A stretch of DNA of 64,000 bases from Oikopleura dioica. Lineage: Eukaryota > Animalia > Chordata. Where the stretch lies: assembly GCA_907165135.1 (NCBI GenBank), contig OU015567.1, positions 3,038,001 to 3,102,000 of the forward strand, given 5' to 3'. A program made the translations under genes and the position numbers. Below are positions 26,673-38,570 of the stretch, in pieces. The notes under the pieces are model-generated. The model was not told the DNA's origin. It ran no database searches and was given only the letters and a program-made list of their open reading frames with translations. Within the stretch, counting starts at the first letter, position 1, and every line of letters begins with the position of its first letter.

Positions 26673-27360
26673 ACCAGAAATAAAAATAACTGACTTGATT
26701 CAAGTCACTTGAATCTTCTTTTTTATTTTTTTTCTCAACATACCTTGAAAGACGACTTCTTACAGATGATGAACTTTCCTTGTTTGCGACTTCTTCTGTG
26801 GGTTAATTTTTGAACTCTTTGGTTTTTTGAACTCTCGCGTATTTGCGCTCAAAAAGCAAATTTGCGCTCAACTGACGCTCGAGCCAATCAGCGCGCTTCT
26901 TCCGCTCCAGAATCGACGACTCTAGCGAATTGTAAAGGGGCACTCTCTCTTGAGTTGCCCAAGATGGACTCCCGCCCAAGTTGGGCGAGAGTCCTTTTGG
27001 GCAAGAGTCCATGTGGAAATTTTCAACAATGAGAAACAGAAAGTTGGGCGAGAGTCGATCTTGGGCGAGAGTCGATCTTGGGCGAGAGTCCTCCACTCCG
27101 ATTGTTAATGACTATTCAATGACAAAAGAAAGCAATGAGCTGTATATAATAAATATGCAATGTACTTTATATAAATTAAAGTTAGGGTTAGGGGGCACTG
27201 GGCAAGATCACAGAACAACATTACCTTCAGTAACCCTAACTAACCCTAGACTAGACCCCGGCATCTTAGGACCTAAGGGGCGAAGCCCCGTGGTAAGGGG
27301 CGATTAGATTTGATAATTTCGGCTGAAAAGTGGTGCAGTAGGACTGACCTTCTCTTTCAA

Positions 27361-27503
27361 CCTAGTCGAGGATTAGCACTTTTTTGAGAGTTCCAGTTTA
27401 ATTAGCGAAGCGCAATATTTTCTCACATCAAAGAATTTATGCTTTCGCTTATCTTCCTGGACAAACCGAAACTCTCAAAAAAAGTGCTAATCTTTCGACT
27501 AGG
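27361..27503. repeat. 143-bp hairpin element
   Basis: CCTAGTCGAGGATTAGCACTTTTTTGAGAGTT is mirrored by AACTCTCAAAAAAAGTGCTAATCTTTCGACTAGG. Confidence 0.8.
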
Positions 27504-28730
27504 CCAAACACTCGCCAGCACCGGATCTCGCTAGCACTTTTCACTCGCCTGCACTTTCCTCGAAAGAAAGTGCAGGAGAGTTTTTGGTGCAGATGAGAGT
27601 CGGTGCAGGAGAGTCTTTCACTTTGCGTGGGCGGTGGAAAATATTTTTTTTTATAATTTACAATACTTGAAATTTTAAAATTTGTTTATATCAAATTTTG
27701 ATAAATTACAGTAATTCGGAAAAGTAAATAAAGAAACCAGTAATGCATAAATAATTTCTTTATTTAGTTTCTTCTCGAGAAGCTGATTTTTTGCTCAAAA
27801 ATATCCAGTCTCGTAGACTCAAACAAAAATTACTTCTATTTTTCTGAATAATTTATTGATTATTTACCGTTTCTTTGTAAAAATATCATTTTTATGTATA
27901 AAATTGTACACAAAAATAAATATGAGGAAAATTCATACCTTTCCTCACCCTTTATCCGCAGTCTTAGCATTTATTTATTCTAAATATGAGTAACAAAAAG
28001 TTCTACCAAAATCAGGTTGAGAAAATTTTCTCACTAATAAATATATTCAATAAGTTCGCCCGCCCACGCAAAGTTAAAAACTCTCCTGCACCGACTCTCA
28101 TCTGCACCAAAAACTCTTCTGCGGGTGCGCGTCTTTTCTGGCATTTTTGAGAAATGCGTCTTTTCTGGCATCGCGTTCTTTCTGGCAGTCGCGTCTTTTC
28201 TGGCACTGGAGTCTGATTCATTTTACTCTGATATTGAGTAGGGTCTACCAAATCTAATAAGCTGATATGAATAGCATAAAACCTTTACCTTCAATAGCAA
28301 CTTGCCACAGGCAAAACTTTTTTATTTGATTTATAAGTTTTTATCATCAAAGAAAATAGTGCTGATCATTTACATAATTTAAAAGATTTTCAGCATTTAT
28401 TATGATGATCTAATAATTCTTTATTCGATTCTAGTGCCAAGAAATTGGTCCCCTCAATCATATTCAAAACTACGGGTTCTTCTTCTTGAAGAAAATTTAA
28501 GAAGGAAATAACAGTTGATTAGATTTGGTAGACCCTACTTGATTTTAGAATTCAATGAATCAGACTTCAATGCCAGAAAAGACGCGACTGCCAGAAAGAA
28601 CGCGATGCCAGAAAAGACGCATTTCCCAAAAATGCCAGAAAAAACGCGCACCCCTCTTCTGCACTTTCTTGCTAAGAAAGCGCAGGTGAGTGAAAAGTGC
28701 TAGCGAGATCTGGTGCTAGCGAGTGTCTGG
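27504..28730. mobile_element. Foldback element with ~130-bp TIRs (middle layer); right TIR split by a younger insertion
   Basis: 27504-27633 is the reverse complement (with mismatches) of 28060-28122 joined to 28663-28730. The interior is AT-rich. No TSD was identified. Confidence 0.8.
28123..28653. mobile_element. 531-bp Mutator-like MITE (innermost layer)
   Basis: ~140-bp TIRs start GGGTGCGCGTCTTTTCTGGCA. 9-bp TSD CTCTTCTGC at 28114-28122 and 28654-28662. TGCCAGAAA repeats are shared with the MITE at 10357. Confidence 0.9.
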
Positions 28731-29146
28731 GGCAAGAGAGAGTGCTCCAATTGTAAAAGGGCGCCCGTGAACTTGGTCTGGCAGATGTTTTTGAGTTTCT
28801 GATCGTTTTTACGACTGAGTTTGTTACTGATCTTGAAAACATTTGCCATGTCAGAAATATAATTTAGTAAGTTTCCATTTTACCTGACAAATATTTCTAG
28901 CAAGCATTCTTTTTAACGGGCTTTATATTACCCAAGAGGGTCATCATTTTATCGGATTTTTGGACATCTAGCTTTTTGCACAATACTATTTACGAAAATC
29001 CGTTAGAATCGGGACCCTCTTGAGTAATGTAAAATCCGTTAAAAAGAACACTTGCTGTAAATATTTGTCCGCTAAAAGGGGAACCCTTTCCTCTGAAGAA
29101 TGCTGTTATTACAGTGAAATTCTTCATCTACACATGAATATATATT

Positions 29147-29542
29147 TTATAAAGAATCAGAATGTTTCAAAAAGTATCTCAAATAAAACTTGTTATACAG
29201 ATCTTCCAGTCGTATCGCCAATTTTCCGTTTTCCTTCAGTCTCGGTTTAATGTTGTCGAATGTTTTTTGCTTCAAAATTCTGTATTTATCAATTTCTTCT
29301 TCCATTAAAAGCGCCCTGGCTAGCATCAAATCAATCATTTCTACTCCTTCTTCGTTGAGCACTTTGTAGCTTTCTGTATTCCCGTTCATGTGACGCTCGA
29401 AAGCTTGTCTTCTGGATGAACCAAGAATTTGGGCGGCGAGGAGATGGGGGGTGAATAAAAGCGTTATTTTCATTTTCGTTGATGGATATATGGCCTGTTT
29501 ATAAAATGTCTCTCTAGGGTGAAGATCTGGAATATATTTCAC
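29147..29542 (-). CDS. Hypothetical protein exon(s)
   Basis: 131-codon ORF with a helical-looking C-terminal half (EGVEMIDLMLARALLMEEEIDKYRILK). No family was recognised. Confidence 0.35.
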   Translation of the reverse strand: MKYIPDLHPRETFYKQAIYPSTKMKITLLFTPHLLAAQILGSSRRQAFERHMNGNTESYKVLNEEGVEMIDLMLARALLMEEEIDKYRILKQKTFDNIKPRLKENGKLAIRLEDLYNKFYLRYFLKHSDSL

Positions 29543-30117
29543 GAAAAAAGAGCACTGGTTTTCTTTAGCCTTTCGATTCCGCTCGAGATGATGCTACAAG
29601 GATTCTCAAATATTGTCGATGAGACTGGTAATCTTGTTTCCAAGTCGATTCAAATTTATTCAAAAGAAGGAAGACATCGATTCAGCTTATTCAAAAATGG
29701 ACATAAAACGTGTCAACTTGCCTATTTCTTTTGGAGAAATTGGAAGTTCTGAGGAGAATGGGGAGCGTTTGTCCCGTGTCCTATGAGTTATGATAATTTT
29801 ATTCTTATGAAATATAAAAAATAATCAATTTCGAGTGTCTATAATTGACCAAAAAGCCTATATTTTAGCATGACCCTCGCTTCAATGAAAATATAAAATT
29901 ATTTTTGATGAAAATGACGTCAATAGATTCTAGCTAACAAATTTATTCATATCCTCAAAACTAAAATTACCCAATTTCCGCCAAAAACCTTCTGAAATAG
30001 CTCTTTCCAAAAATATAAATAACCGCTCAATCCAGGGTTAAATTTAGCGCCGCTCCATAAAAGCAGAGTGCAGGGAACGGATAATTTTATAAAGAAAATA
30101 AAAGTGTGCAAAAAGAT

Positions 30118-32682
30118 ATGCGACTATCAATTTTTGCATCTTTTTTGTCAAGTTTTGTACAAGCAAGTGGAGAGAATTTATGCTTAGGAGATGCTGATAA
30201 GGTACGTTTTTGGGAATCTGGTCAGAGAAATTCCCTTAAAACTAGCATTTCTAGACAAGATAAAATAATATCATTTCAATGAAAATAACAAGGGGAAGCC
30301 TTTGTAGATTATCGCGGAAAAAATTGAGTCCCCGTCATTTTTCTTTAGCTTTCGAAGCGATGGTGATTTTCTTCGAAGGAAAATCATGATTATTTTAATT
30401 TCAATTTTGATGGAAAAGCTTATGCAAAGCTGTAATAACGCATTTTTCAAGGGAGCAACTACGATTTCTCTCTCCTCCGACGAGAGCTTTTGCCGTCTTC
30501 GACCCCGCGATGACGCTCCCCACAAGGTCCGTCTGAAGATGGCAGGTCTTTCCGATACATCGTCGTGCACAGAAGACGAGGATCGCATTTTCATCACGTC
30601 CAACGGCTCACTTTTGGGTCCGCTCTGCCCCAAAGTCCACGAGAAGCACATTCTCGACTGGTTCGGTAGGGAAGACGAGGATGAACAAAGCATTTACGAC
30701 GCGATTTTCGATGCGACGGAAACGACGATGATTTTCGTCCCGGGGAATAAGGTCGAAGCTAATGGCCAAAAAGTCATGATCACCGTGGCTTGGGAAAATA
30801 TGTCTGCAAGACCTGCTTCGTCTCCCAGACAGCCAAAATCCATTGGATCGATGATGGAAGAGCCCTCTGTTTCTCCAGTGTCTCTTTGTCCAATTTCTAC
30901 CTTCGCTTCTGACTTCATTCGGACTGCAAAAGCCAAGTTGGCAAAAGAACCAAAGAAAATCGTCAGAAAAATGGGAATCAAGCTCACTGAGCTTTACGAA
31001 AACTTCGAGGAGGATCATCGCGATTTCTGTCAAGAAGACGCGCTGAAGGTCAACTGCGATATTTTTGAAGAAAATGATGGAGGGTCGCAGCTTGGAATCT
31101 TCACTGCTCTAAGTGAGATAGTCAAGCACATAAGCCCTGAATGCTCTAGCACATTTGTGAACGGATTGAAAGATGATCTTGAAGAATTGAGAGAGCTTCT
31201 TGGCTTTGAAAAGATTGAAGAAACAACTGAGTTTTTGACGACGACAGAAGATTTCACAACAACTACACCTTATACAACAACAGAAACAACACCAATTCTA
31301 ATCACAACAACATCATCAGAACTAACAACTACTTCCACTACAACAACTACAACAACCACAACATCAACAACATCAACAACCACAACAACAACCACTTCAA
31401 CATCAACATCGACATTAACCACTACAACTTCGACAACAAGTACGACTACAACTACAACAACTACAAGCACCACAACAACTACCACAACTGCACCACCTAC
31501 CTCTACAACTGACTACACCACTTCAACAACACAAACTACCGACTACACCACAACCGACAGCTACACCACCACAAACTCACAAAGCACAATAAGCACCAAT
31601 GCACCAACAACCATTCTTCCCACGGAAATCACAACACAACCTCTGCCGTACTCATCGAAAATACGCGAATCCAGTGATTTTAGCAGGCCCTTAGCAGTTT
31701 CCCGAGGAGACTCGATTCTTTCAGACAAAATGTGCAAAATTCGAAATATGCCAGAACGATTCAACACCATCTTCAGCGCCAGAGCAAATGAACTTCGACC
31801 GAAAGATATGAAAATTGTCAAGAGAGCAGTTGTGACAATATCCAAAAGTTTCAAGTGTAAGTGCGCCTCTTTTCAATCAAAAACAATCTTGTTTTCTCCA
31901 CTTTAAATCAGAATGAAACTTCTCCATTCTAGATTGCGATCGAAGTCATGTGCTTTGCGACCTCATCGACTTGAATCGAAAAATGCACGGTTGTCAGCTG
32001 ATCAAATCTCTTACCAACATGATGGACTACCTAGCTGCCGAAGGAACTTGCGAAGTCGACTGGCTCAATGATGTTGCTTCCAAAATTGAGAGTGCTCAAA
32101 TGGTCTTTGGAGAAGACTCCATGGAGAGCTGCCTGGGAACTGATGAAAACTGGGATTTGAGGGAGCTGAAGGAAATGGATGAGGATTTCTTTCGGGGAGA
32201 GAAGAAAACTCTTCAGGTAAAAATGAACAAACGCAAACTTGAGTTCTAATTTTCTTTTAAAGGAAGCTTTGGCAGAAGTTTCAAAACGACAGCTGCCGCT
32301 AAACCATAGATCTTGGGTTTCGAAGATTCGTCTCACCTTGAAATCCGCTCTTGCCGCCCTTGGAAACAAGGAAGACACCCTCATCATTTCCGACATTGAT
32401 ATCTGCGCCGTCTCGGTCGAGCAATTGGAAGCTCATGCTGGAACCATCTTTACTCGCTTTCTCGACTCCGTCCGGGGGGACTCTGGCGCTTCGGAAGAAG
32501 CGGTGAAAACGATGAGCGGAATGATGGCAAGAGTTCTTCGAAAGTTCCGACAAAAGAATCGAAACTCACAGGAAATCAAAGTCGAATGCAACGACTTGAG
32601 AGTCCAGAGAAGTCTGAGGACCAATTTTATTGACATGGCGGACTCGGTCTATCGAATGATACGATTGAACAACCATCCTTGA
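30118..32682 (+). CDS. Secreted protein: signal peptide, degenerate CUB-like domain, Thr-rich mucin tract, C-terminal helical region
   Basis: MRLSIFASFLSSFVQA...DADK followed by gtacg at 30118. The exon from 30308 is in frame with the 506-aa ORF (KIESPSF; SCTEDEDRIFITSNGSLLGPLC). Poly-Thr tract at ~31250-31620. Further in-phase exons at ~31935-32215 and ~32260-32682. Confidence 0.75.
31250..31620 (+). repeat. Coding ACN-triplet tract (poly-Thr/Ser mucin linker)
   Basis: ACA/ACT/ACC runs encoding TTTTSTTT... Confidence 0.9.
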
Positions 32683-32953
32683 GAATCCATCTTTGTCTTC
32701 GCTTCCTGTACAAATAAATTCCTGTAAAACGCTTTATCTTATTCCACAGAACAAGAAAGAGTTCGCGAAAATGCATCAATCTTTCATTAAATGGTTTGTC
32801 TTGTTTTTCCAAATCTTGTTCAATCAAGTGTTTAAAGCACTTTCCCGCACTTGGTCTCCAAAAGCTCTTTATATTGAATAAATGATGCCATTCAGCTTAT
32901 AAGGCGAAGTTATTTCGCTGAGAATCATCATCAAATTCTGGCTAAAGAATTGA

Positions 32954-33418
32954 ATGAGCATGAAAATTTTTCAATATCTTCTTCTGCAAGTTTTTGCGCA
33001 CGGAAATGTCTTCAAACTCAAGAGTTTCTCTCCTGATGATGCAGTTGCTGGAGCAGCGAATTACGACAAAAGGGGTCCGTTTTTCAAAGCGGCCATGAAA
33101 AACATGCAAAAACGCGGCCTCGCATTCGATTTCGACCTCTCCGATTATTACCGCCAGCCGAAAACTAAGCGTGGTCTTTCATTACTTAGCTCCGATCTAG
33201 CCGACTATTTCAACTCGCCATTCCCGACGAAACGCGGTCTCGGCTACGGAGCACCAATTTTTGACGATTTCTACGATTCTGACTTTACGCAAAAACGAGG
33301 AATTGAGGATTTGATCAGCGGACTTGCTCCTGCCAACGGTGGAGACAACGAAGATGTCAAGCCGAAAATCAGGCTTTATCGACGATTCCAGGAGCGGGGT
33401 TTTTTACCACAAATATGA
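32954..33418 (+). CDS. Intronless neuropeptide/prohormone-like precursor
   Basis: Signal-like N-terminus, five KR sites each followed by Gly plus one RR, and mutually similar peptides GL...D(L/F)xDY(Y/F). Confidence 0.75.
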   Translation: MSMKIFQYLLLQVFAHGNVFKLKSFSPDDAVAGAANYDKRGPFFKAAMKNMQKRGLAFDFDLSDYYRQPKTKRGLSLLSSDLADYFNSPFPTKRGLGYGAPIFDDFYDSDFTQKRGIEDLISGLAPANGGDNEDVKPKIRLYRRFQERGFLPQI

Positions 33419-33918
33419 CACTACGAGATAGCCGCGCGCGGCTTTTTTCGCATATTTTCTTCTTCGGCAGTCACTTGAAAAAGCCTTTCAAAGCCAGACG
33501 ATCCAGAGACATTGGACGCTCTCATGAAAACTTACTTTCAAAATTGATAAAAAACGAATTTGTCTGTTTCGCCTGTTAAAAAATGGGCGGTTATGTTTCT
33601 GTTTCCTATTATTTATCTCTTTTGCTTTCAATAAAATTCATATGCAAGTTGCATAATGCAACCATAAAAATAAGGAAAGAATTGAGGTTTTGTTCAGTTT
33701 ATTTAATTAATTTTTGAGGTCCTTGCGGGAGTGAAAAGTAATCTGTTCTTCTTTATACAATTTTAAACACATTTTTTCAACAGAAGTTTTTTACAGAAAA
33801 ACAAGAATAAAAGATGAAACGAAGCAAGAATTCGTATCTGATAATAGCCGAATGAGTAGCTCTAGAACTGCGAACTGAAAGCAGAGCGTTTTGAGATGAA
33901 GTGGAAGTTGCGCAGCCC

Positions 33919-35260
33919 TTATCTACGCATAGACACTTGCGCCTTGTAGTAACTCGAAGGCATGAAGAAATGGAAGAAACAGAGAGCGGCGCATGCGGAG
34001 AAAAGCTAAAGAAAAATGTTGAGAACTTGGCAAGGTCGACAATTGAAAATTTGATGGAAACTGGGAACTTTTTAAATCGCTCTTTGACATTTTCAGGGGT
34101 TATCGGTCAAGCTGGAGGGCTCTTCAGCTGTCCAAACAAAAATCCAGCCTCCCAGAAATTTCAAAAATCACAAATATCATCTTTTAATAATTTGCTTGAG
34201 GTCGAATTTGGCATTCCCGCGGGCGAGTTTGCGGCGATTTTACGATTTGAAATTTATTATCTTCGCCTCGGCTTGGCCCAAATCTATAAATTAGACCATG
34301 ATAACCAAAGAGGTAAAATTCGCCTCAAGGGCAATTTATCCTTCGCCGCAGGCTGGTGCCGCGAGGACCGACCGCAAGGAGCCATTTTAATAAAGGGCGA
34401 GTTTCAATTATATTTTTGAACCTTGAAAGTTGAAAGTCGAGACAATTGGAGAAAGCGGAACACCCCGCAGGCTACTGTCAATTGATTGAAAAATAAGAAT
34501 GATCAAAGAGCGATGCCGCCCTTTTTTGGGCAGTATTAGATTACAGTTTTATTGTTGGTTATTGAATTACCTGGTAGAAGAAAATGATCAAAACAGTCGA
34601 GCCAAGACTGGGGAGCATTGAATTGAAGAGGGCTTTTTGAACATCGATACAGGACTGCTGACAGGACTAAAACAAGAAAGACAAAACGGTCGAGCCTTGA
34701 GTTACCTTATAGAACTCTTCCTCCAGACAGCACTGGTTTTGAACTTTGAAGCTAGACCAAAACCGTTTCGCGAGAATTTGATCGTCTTTTTGGCTTTCCT
34801 TCATATCCGCCTCGATGAAGTTCGTAACGAGCTCGTATCTAGTGTACAGGAATCCGCCAGCAACGACCTCCAGTATGCAGAGTAAAAGGAGTGAGATACT
34901 GTAAGCGAGGACGGCATAGCGGGATTTTTTCGCGGAGCCGAGGGTTCCAATTAGGCCCAGAATGGTCAAAGTGCAAGAAAGGAGGCCAGAACTGATTGTT
35001 GTTATTCCTGAAATTTTCATGATCAGTTTCAGTGCCGAAGGGATTTATGAAAGCTTGTCCAGAGTTGATAGTTGTATTTATGCAGGCAGCTGATAAAGAC
35101 TGTGATAGTTGACAGTGTTTGGACGCGCCTTCGACTTGAAGCCCTGCTATCTTGCTTTTTCTTACCTAGACTCGGATAAGTTAGCGTGAGGGCACCAATA
35201 CTTCCACCACAGAGCACCAAGGGACAAGTTGTTAATACCACTGTTATTCGTAATGCCTAA
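33919..35260 (-). CDS. Divergent tetraspanin (first exon not located)
   Basis: In-phase exons give TM1 (VVLTTCPLVLCGGSIG), TM2-TM3 (LTILGLIGTLGSAKKSRYAVLAYSISLLLLCILEVVAGG), LEL with QCC...SCQQSC, and TM4 (STVLIIFFYQ/LFSACAALCFF). Stop at 33919-33921. Confidence 0.85.
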
Positions 35261-36650
35261 AGGTTTCATAAGGTCTCGAGAACATGAAATTTGTCTAGAG
35301 AATCGAAGGAACGTATTCGTCTCCAGAACATGAAATTGATTACATAACAGTCTCTACATGGATAAAATTGTTCTAGATAGGCGGATGAAAAAAATTCCCC
35401 AGTGAGCCACGGAACAGGGGTGCTCTGACCGAGACGCAGGGTAGGGTTAAGAAAACAAGAGAAAGTTTCAAGTTGATATTTGAAATGTCGCTGCTCAGCC
35501 AGCTGGAACCTGTTGAGTGGTAAGCCCCCATATTTAGCAAAAATCTGTTGTCTTTATCATTCTTGATCCAGGGATGAGCCCCGGTTTCGCTTGCATAAAC
35601 ACACACTTTTCAACTTCTTTAAGGAAATCGATTTTTAACTCTTGCGCCTCAAGTTTCGAATTCACCCCTGCCATTTCATTTTGCGATGAATTTCGAGCAA
35701 GATCAGTAATATTGACAACTGTCAAATCAACCAGGATCTCTTTTCTGATCTTCTTTCCGTCAGTCGGAATTTCCTTTTCGGAAATGAGGGCCGCTTTCGC
35801 TTTTTATGAATTTGTCAAATCCGGGATATCCGTCGAGGGCGCGTCAAATCCCATCATCGTCAAATTCGAAAAAATTTTTGAAAGTTTTCAAATGTCGCTG
35901 CCAATTTTTTTCCGACAGAAATGGCAGACACACCTGCTTCATGATCAACAAGGCAGAGTTACTGTACGTTTGTTTCCTTAAAAAATAACAGCATCGCATA
36001 ACAGACCCAAAGGCCAAGAAAAAAAAGGCCCGCTCGAGCAAAAGACAAATAACCCGCTTATGTATTCTTATGGAAATTCTACGCGCACGTGACACACACT
36101 TCCTTGGCCGAGGTCCAGAAATAACAACTTTTCAGAATCCTCGGCTGCGGATTAACCTTCTCAAAATACCAAAATAGATTATCAACGTAAAAAGAAGATT
36201 AATATTTTGGTCAGACCCACGTGCCAAAGAAAATCAAAATTAAGGGGGTAACCTTCGTTTTTCGAATTTTACTGTAAAAAGAAATTCTTGCTCCACTTTC
36301 CTTTTTATTTTAATTTGAAGGTCAGCACTTGAATCAAAATCTCGTGAGAGCCTGGGAGAGTGCGAGAAACTTTTTGAATTGAGCGGAACAAAAGGGCTAC
36401 AGAACAAATTGTGGCATATCTTGAGACAACTTTCCTCCACTCGACTACAGTGGACAAATAGAGCCGCCAGAAGGCCCGCTTTTGTGAACAAAAATATGAA
36501 ATTTTCACCGCAACTTTCTCTGTAAGGATATTGTTGGCTTGGAATAAAGCCAGCTGGAGATAATTTTTATTTCCGGAAATTTCAATTCTTCACGGAACAT
36601 GTTGTCTTCAAGACTTCTTTTTAGCTGGAGTTAGCAACCTGTGGAGAAAA

Positions 36651-36787
36651 CCTGAGTCAGGGTTAGGTTTTGAAGGAGTGTTGATGAAAGCCGCGTAGCG
36701 GCTTTTTCCAAAATCGAAGCCGCAAAGCGGCTTCGCCAAAGAAGCCATTTGGTGTTTTTTTTTTGCAAACTTAGGACCCTGAGTCAG
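36651..36787. repeat. Paired-hairpin repeat copy bounded on both sides by CCTGAGTCAGG
   Basis: CCTGAGTCAGG at ~36651 and ~36777 flanks hairpins at 36688-36704 and 36717-36733. Confidence 0.78.
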
Positions 36788-38465
36788 GCTTCGCAAATGT
36801 AGCTCATGCTTTTTCGTAATTTCTTTGTTTCTCATAAATTCTTCAACCTTATCAAACAAATCCGGAAATCAGATCTTCAAAAGAATGCATGGGAAAAAAC
36901 AAATATATAAATAAAAAGCTGAAAGACATTTTCCGAAGATCAAATGCGGAATTTATGATTTGCTTCTTCTTTTGATGTTAATATTCGTCCTGGCGCATTA
37001 TCTGAGATTACGCCCGTAAATCATTAGTTCAAAAAACGACCACCCGTTAATTTAACAAAAAGTTTTACTTTCATTTCGTGTTGATTTTTCAAGCTTGTTA
37101 AAATCTTTTTGGCAAAAAAAATCTCAAATTTGAATATTGTCACACTTTGAAGATGTGGTTGAAGACTTTGACAAAGCAAATAAGGAGGTTATTAGTGGTT
37201 AAATACGGAAATTGCGAACAATAAAACGAGAAGATGGTTATTTCCGCTTCGAGCTCAAGGTCAGAGAAAAACAATACAGCTTTGTTTTTCTGGGTTTCAG
37301 GGGAGGAAATAGACAGGGAAATAAAAAATGAAAGACTACAGTAGCATAAAAAAGCTGTAAGAAAATTCTGACAAGACAGGGCTTATTTTAAGTGCTAAAC
37401 AAGTGTTTTAACGACAACCGGAAACTGCTTCGTATATTTCCTTCTTGCTATAAACTTAACCGGCTTACCCTTTCCCTATCTGATGAAAGAGGCTCACGTA
37501 TTTACGAAAAATAAATTCGTAAATGGCAATAAATTCGGCTTCGTAATTCGCAAATCGTAAATGCTCCATTTTGTCTGACAGAATTTTGACAAAAACGGAT
37601 GTATTTATCACCGGGTCGGTATACAACTCAAAATTGTCAAAATAAATTTATTGTAATTTGTATTTGTTGTGTAAGAGCGCAGCGAGGGGTTAAGGTTACT
37701 AAGTGTTAACCTTTCTTTCGTAGCGATTCTAGAGCAGGTTCTTTTACATAGGGTCTTAACATAGGGAAACCCTTATTTTAACATACTAAACGAAAGATAT
37801 TCAACTTATAAAGACTGAATAAACCTCAAAATTTAGAGTTTTATTTAAAAAAATTTTAATGAAAAATTTCTATTACCCTTTCATTTACGAAAATGACCAT
37901 TTGTCCGACATTTGAGTTGTCAAGATTGTAAAGAACACTTCAATATATCATAAGAACCGTCAAAAATTAAAAATAAAAAACTTAATTACCTGATAAATAC
38001 AGAAATTCGGCACCCAGTTCATCCGCTTTTCAGCTTTTCATTTTTCATGCTCTCTTTTTCATTATTTTTCTTTTGGCTGATATTTGAGTTTTAGTCTTTT
38101 CTTAACTAATTTAAAGAAAGTTTAAGTCTAATTAATAACACATAACGAATCATGTGGCGAAAAAAGTGAGCCTTTGGGCAGGGACCGCTGTGCGCGTTTA
38201 CGCCCTCGCGCGCCCTCGAAAAGCTCAAATTCCAGAAGACGGCTCAGCCGGATCAGCCACACCAGCACTCTTCTGTATTCTGAGCCGCGCAGCGCAAGTT
38301 CGACCACTTTGTAAGACCAAAAGCCTACTTCCGCCCCTCTGAAAACTTTTCAGAAGCGGAACATCCTTCTGTTTTTAATCTTTCTTTTAGAAATTTTATC
38401 CAGAAATAAGAATACTAAAGGTGGGGCAAGGGTTTTCTTTCAGGGCTCGAAAACCTGTGTTGTGC

Positions 38466-38570
38466 CTTAGTCAGGATTAAAAAACCCTATAACTATGACA
38501 AAGATCGAAAGGAAATATTGGAGAAGCCGCTTCGCGGCTTCGTTTTTAAAAAAGCCGCTACGCGGCTTTT
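38466..38570 (-). repeat. Paired-hairpin repeat copy in reverse orientation
   Basis: Hairpins at 38524-38540 and 38552-38568; CCTTAGTCAGG at ~38466. Confidence 0.72.

Larger units (their letters stand above)
26937..28748. mobile_element. 1812-bp non-autonomous Mutator-like element (outer shell of a nested TE)
   Basis: 16-bp TIR GG(G/A)GCACTCTCTCTTG (15/16). 9-bp TSD AATTGTAAA at 26928-26936 and 28749-28757. TTGGGCGAGAGTC subterminal repeats at 26980-27090. Confidence 0.85.

Noticed and set aside
27176-27250. Interstitial telomere (TTAGGG)
   Set aside because: Only one or two imperfect units inside a repeat element, not an array.
26803-27307. ORFs 26803-27096 and 26981-27307 as real genes
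   Set aside because: They read through transposon subterminal repeats and are chimeric with the Mutator-like element.
31270-31854. Val-rich minus-strand ORFs (also the plus-strand ORF at 61722-62120)
   Set aside because: These are antisense shadows of the poly-Thr coding tracts.
33901-34419. 172-aa plus-strand ORF
   Set aside because: It is antisense to the tetraspanin last exon and intron, and runs through a TTCGCC-repeat intronic element.
34571-34666. Apparent frameshift in tetraspanin TM4
   Set aside because: On recount the exon is 96 nt and fully in frame.
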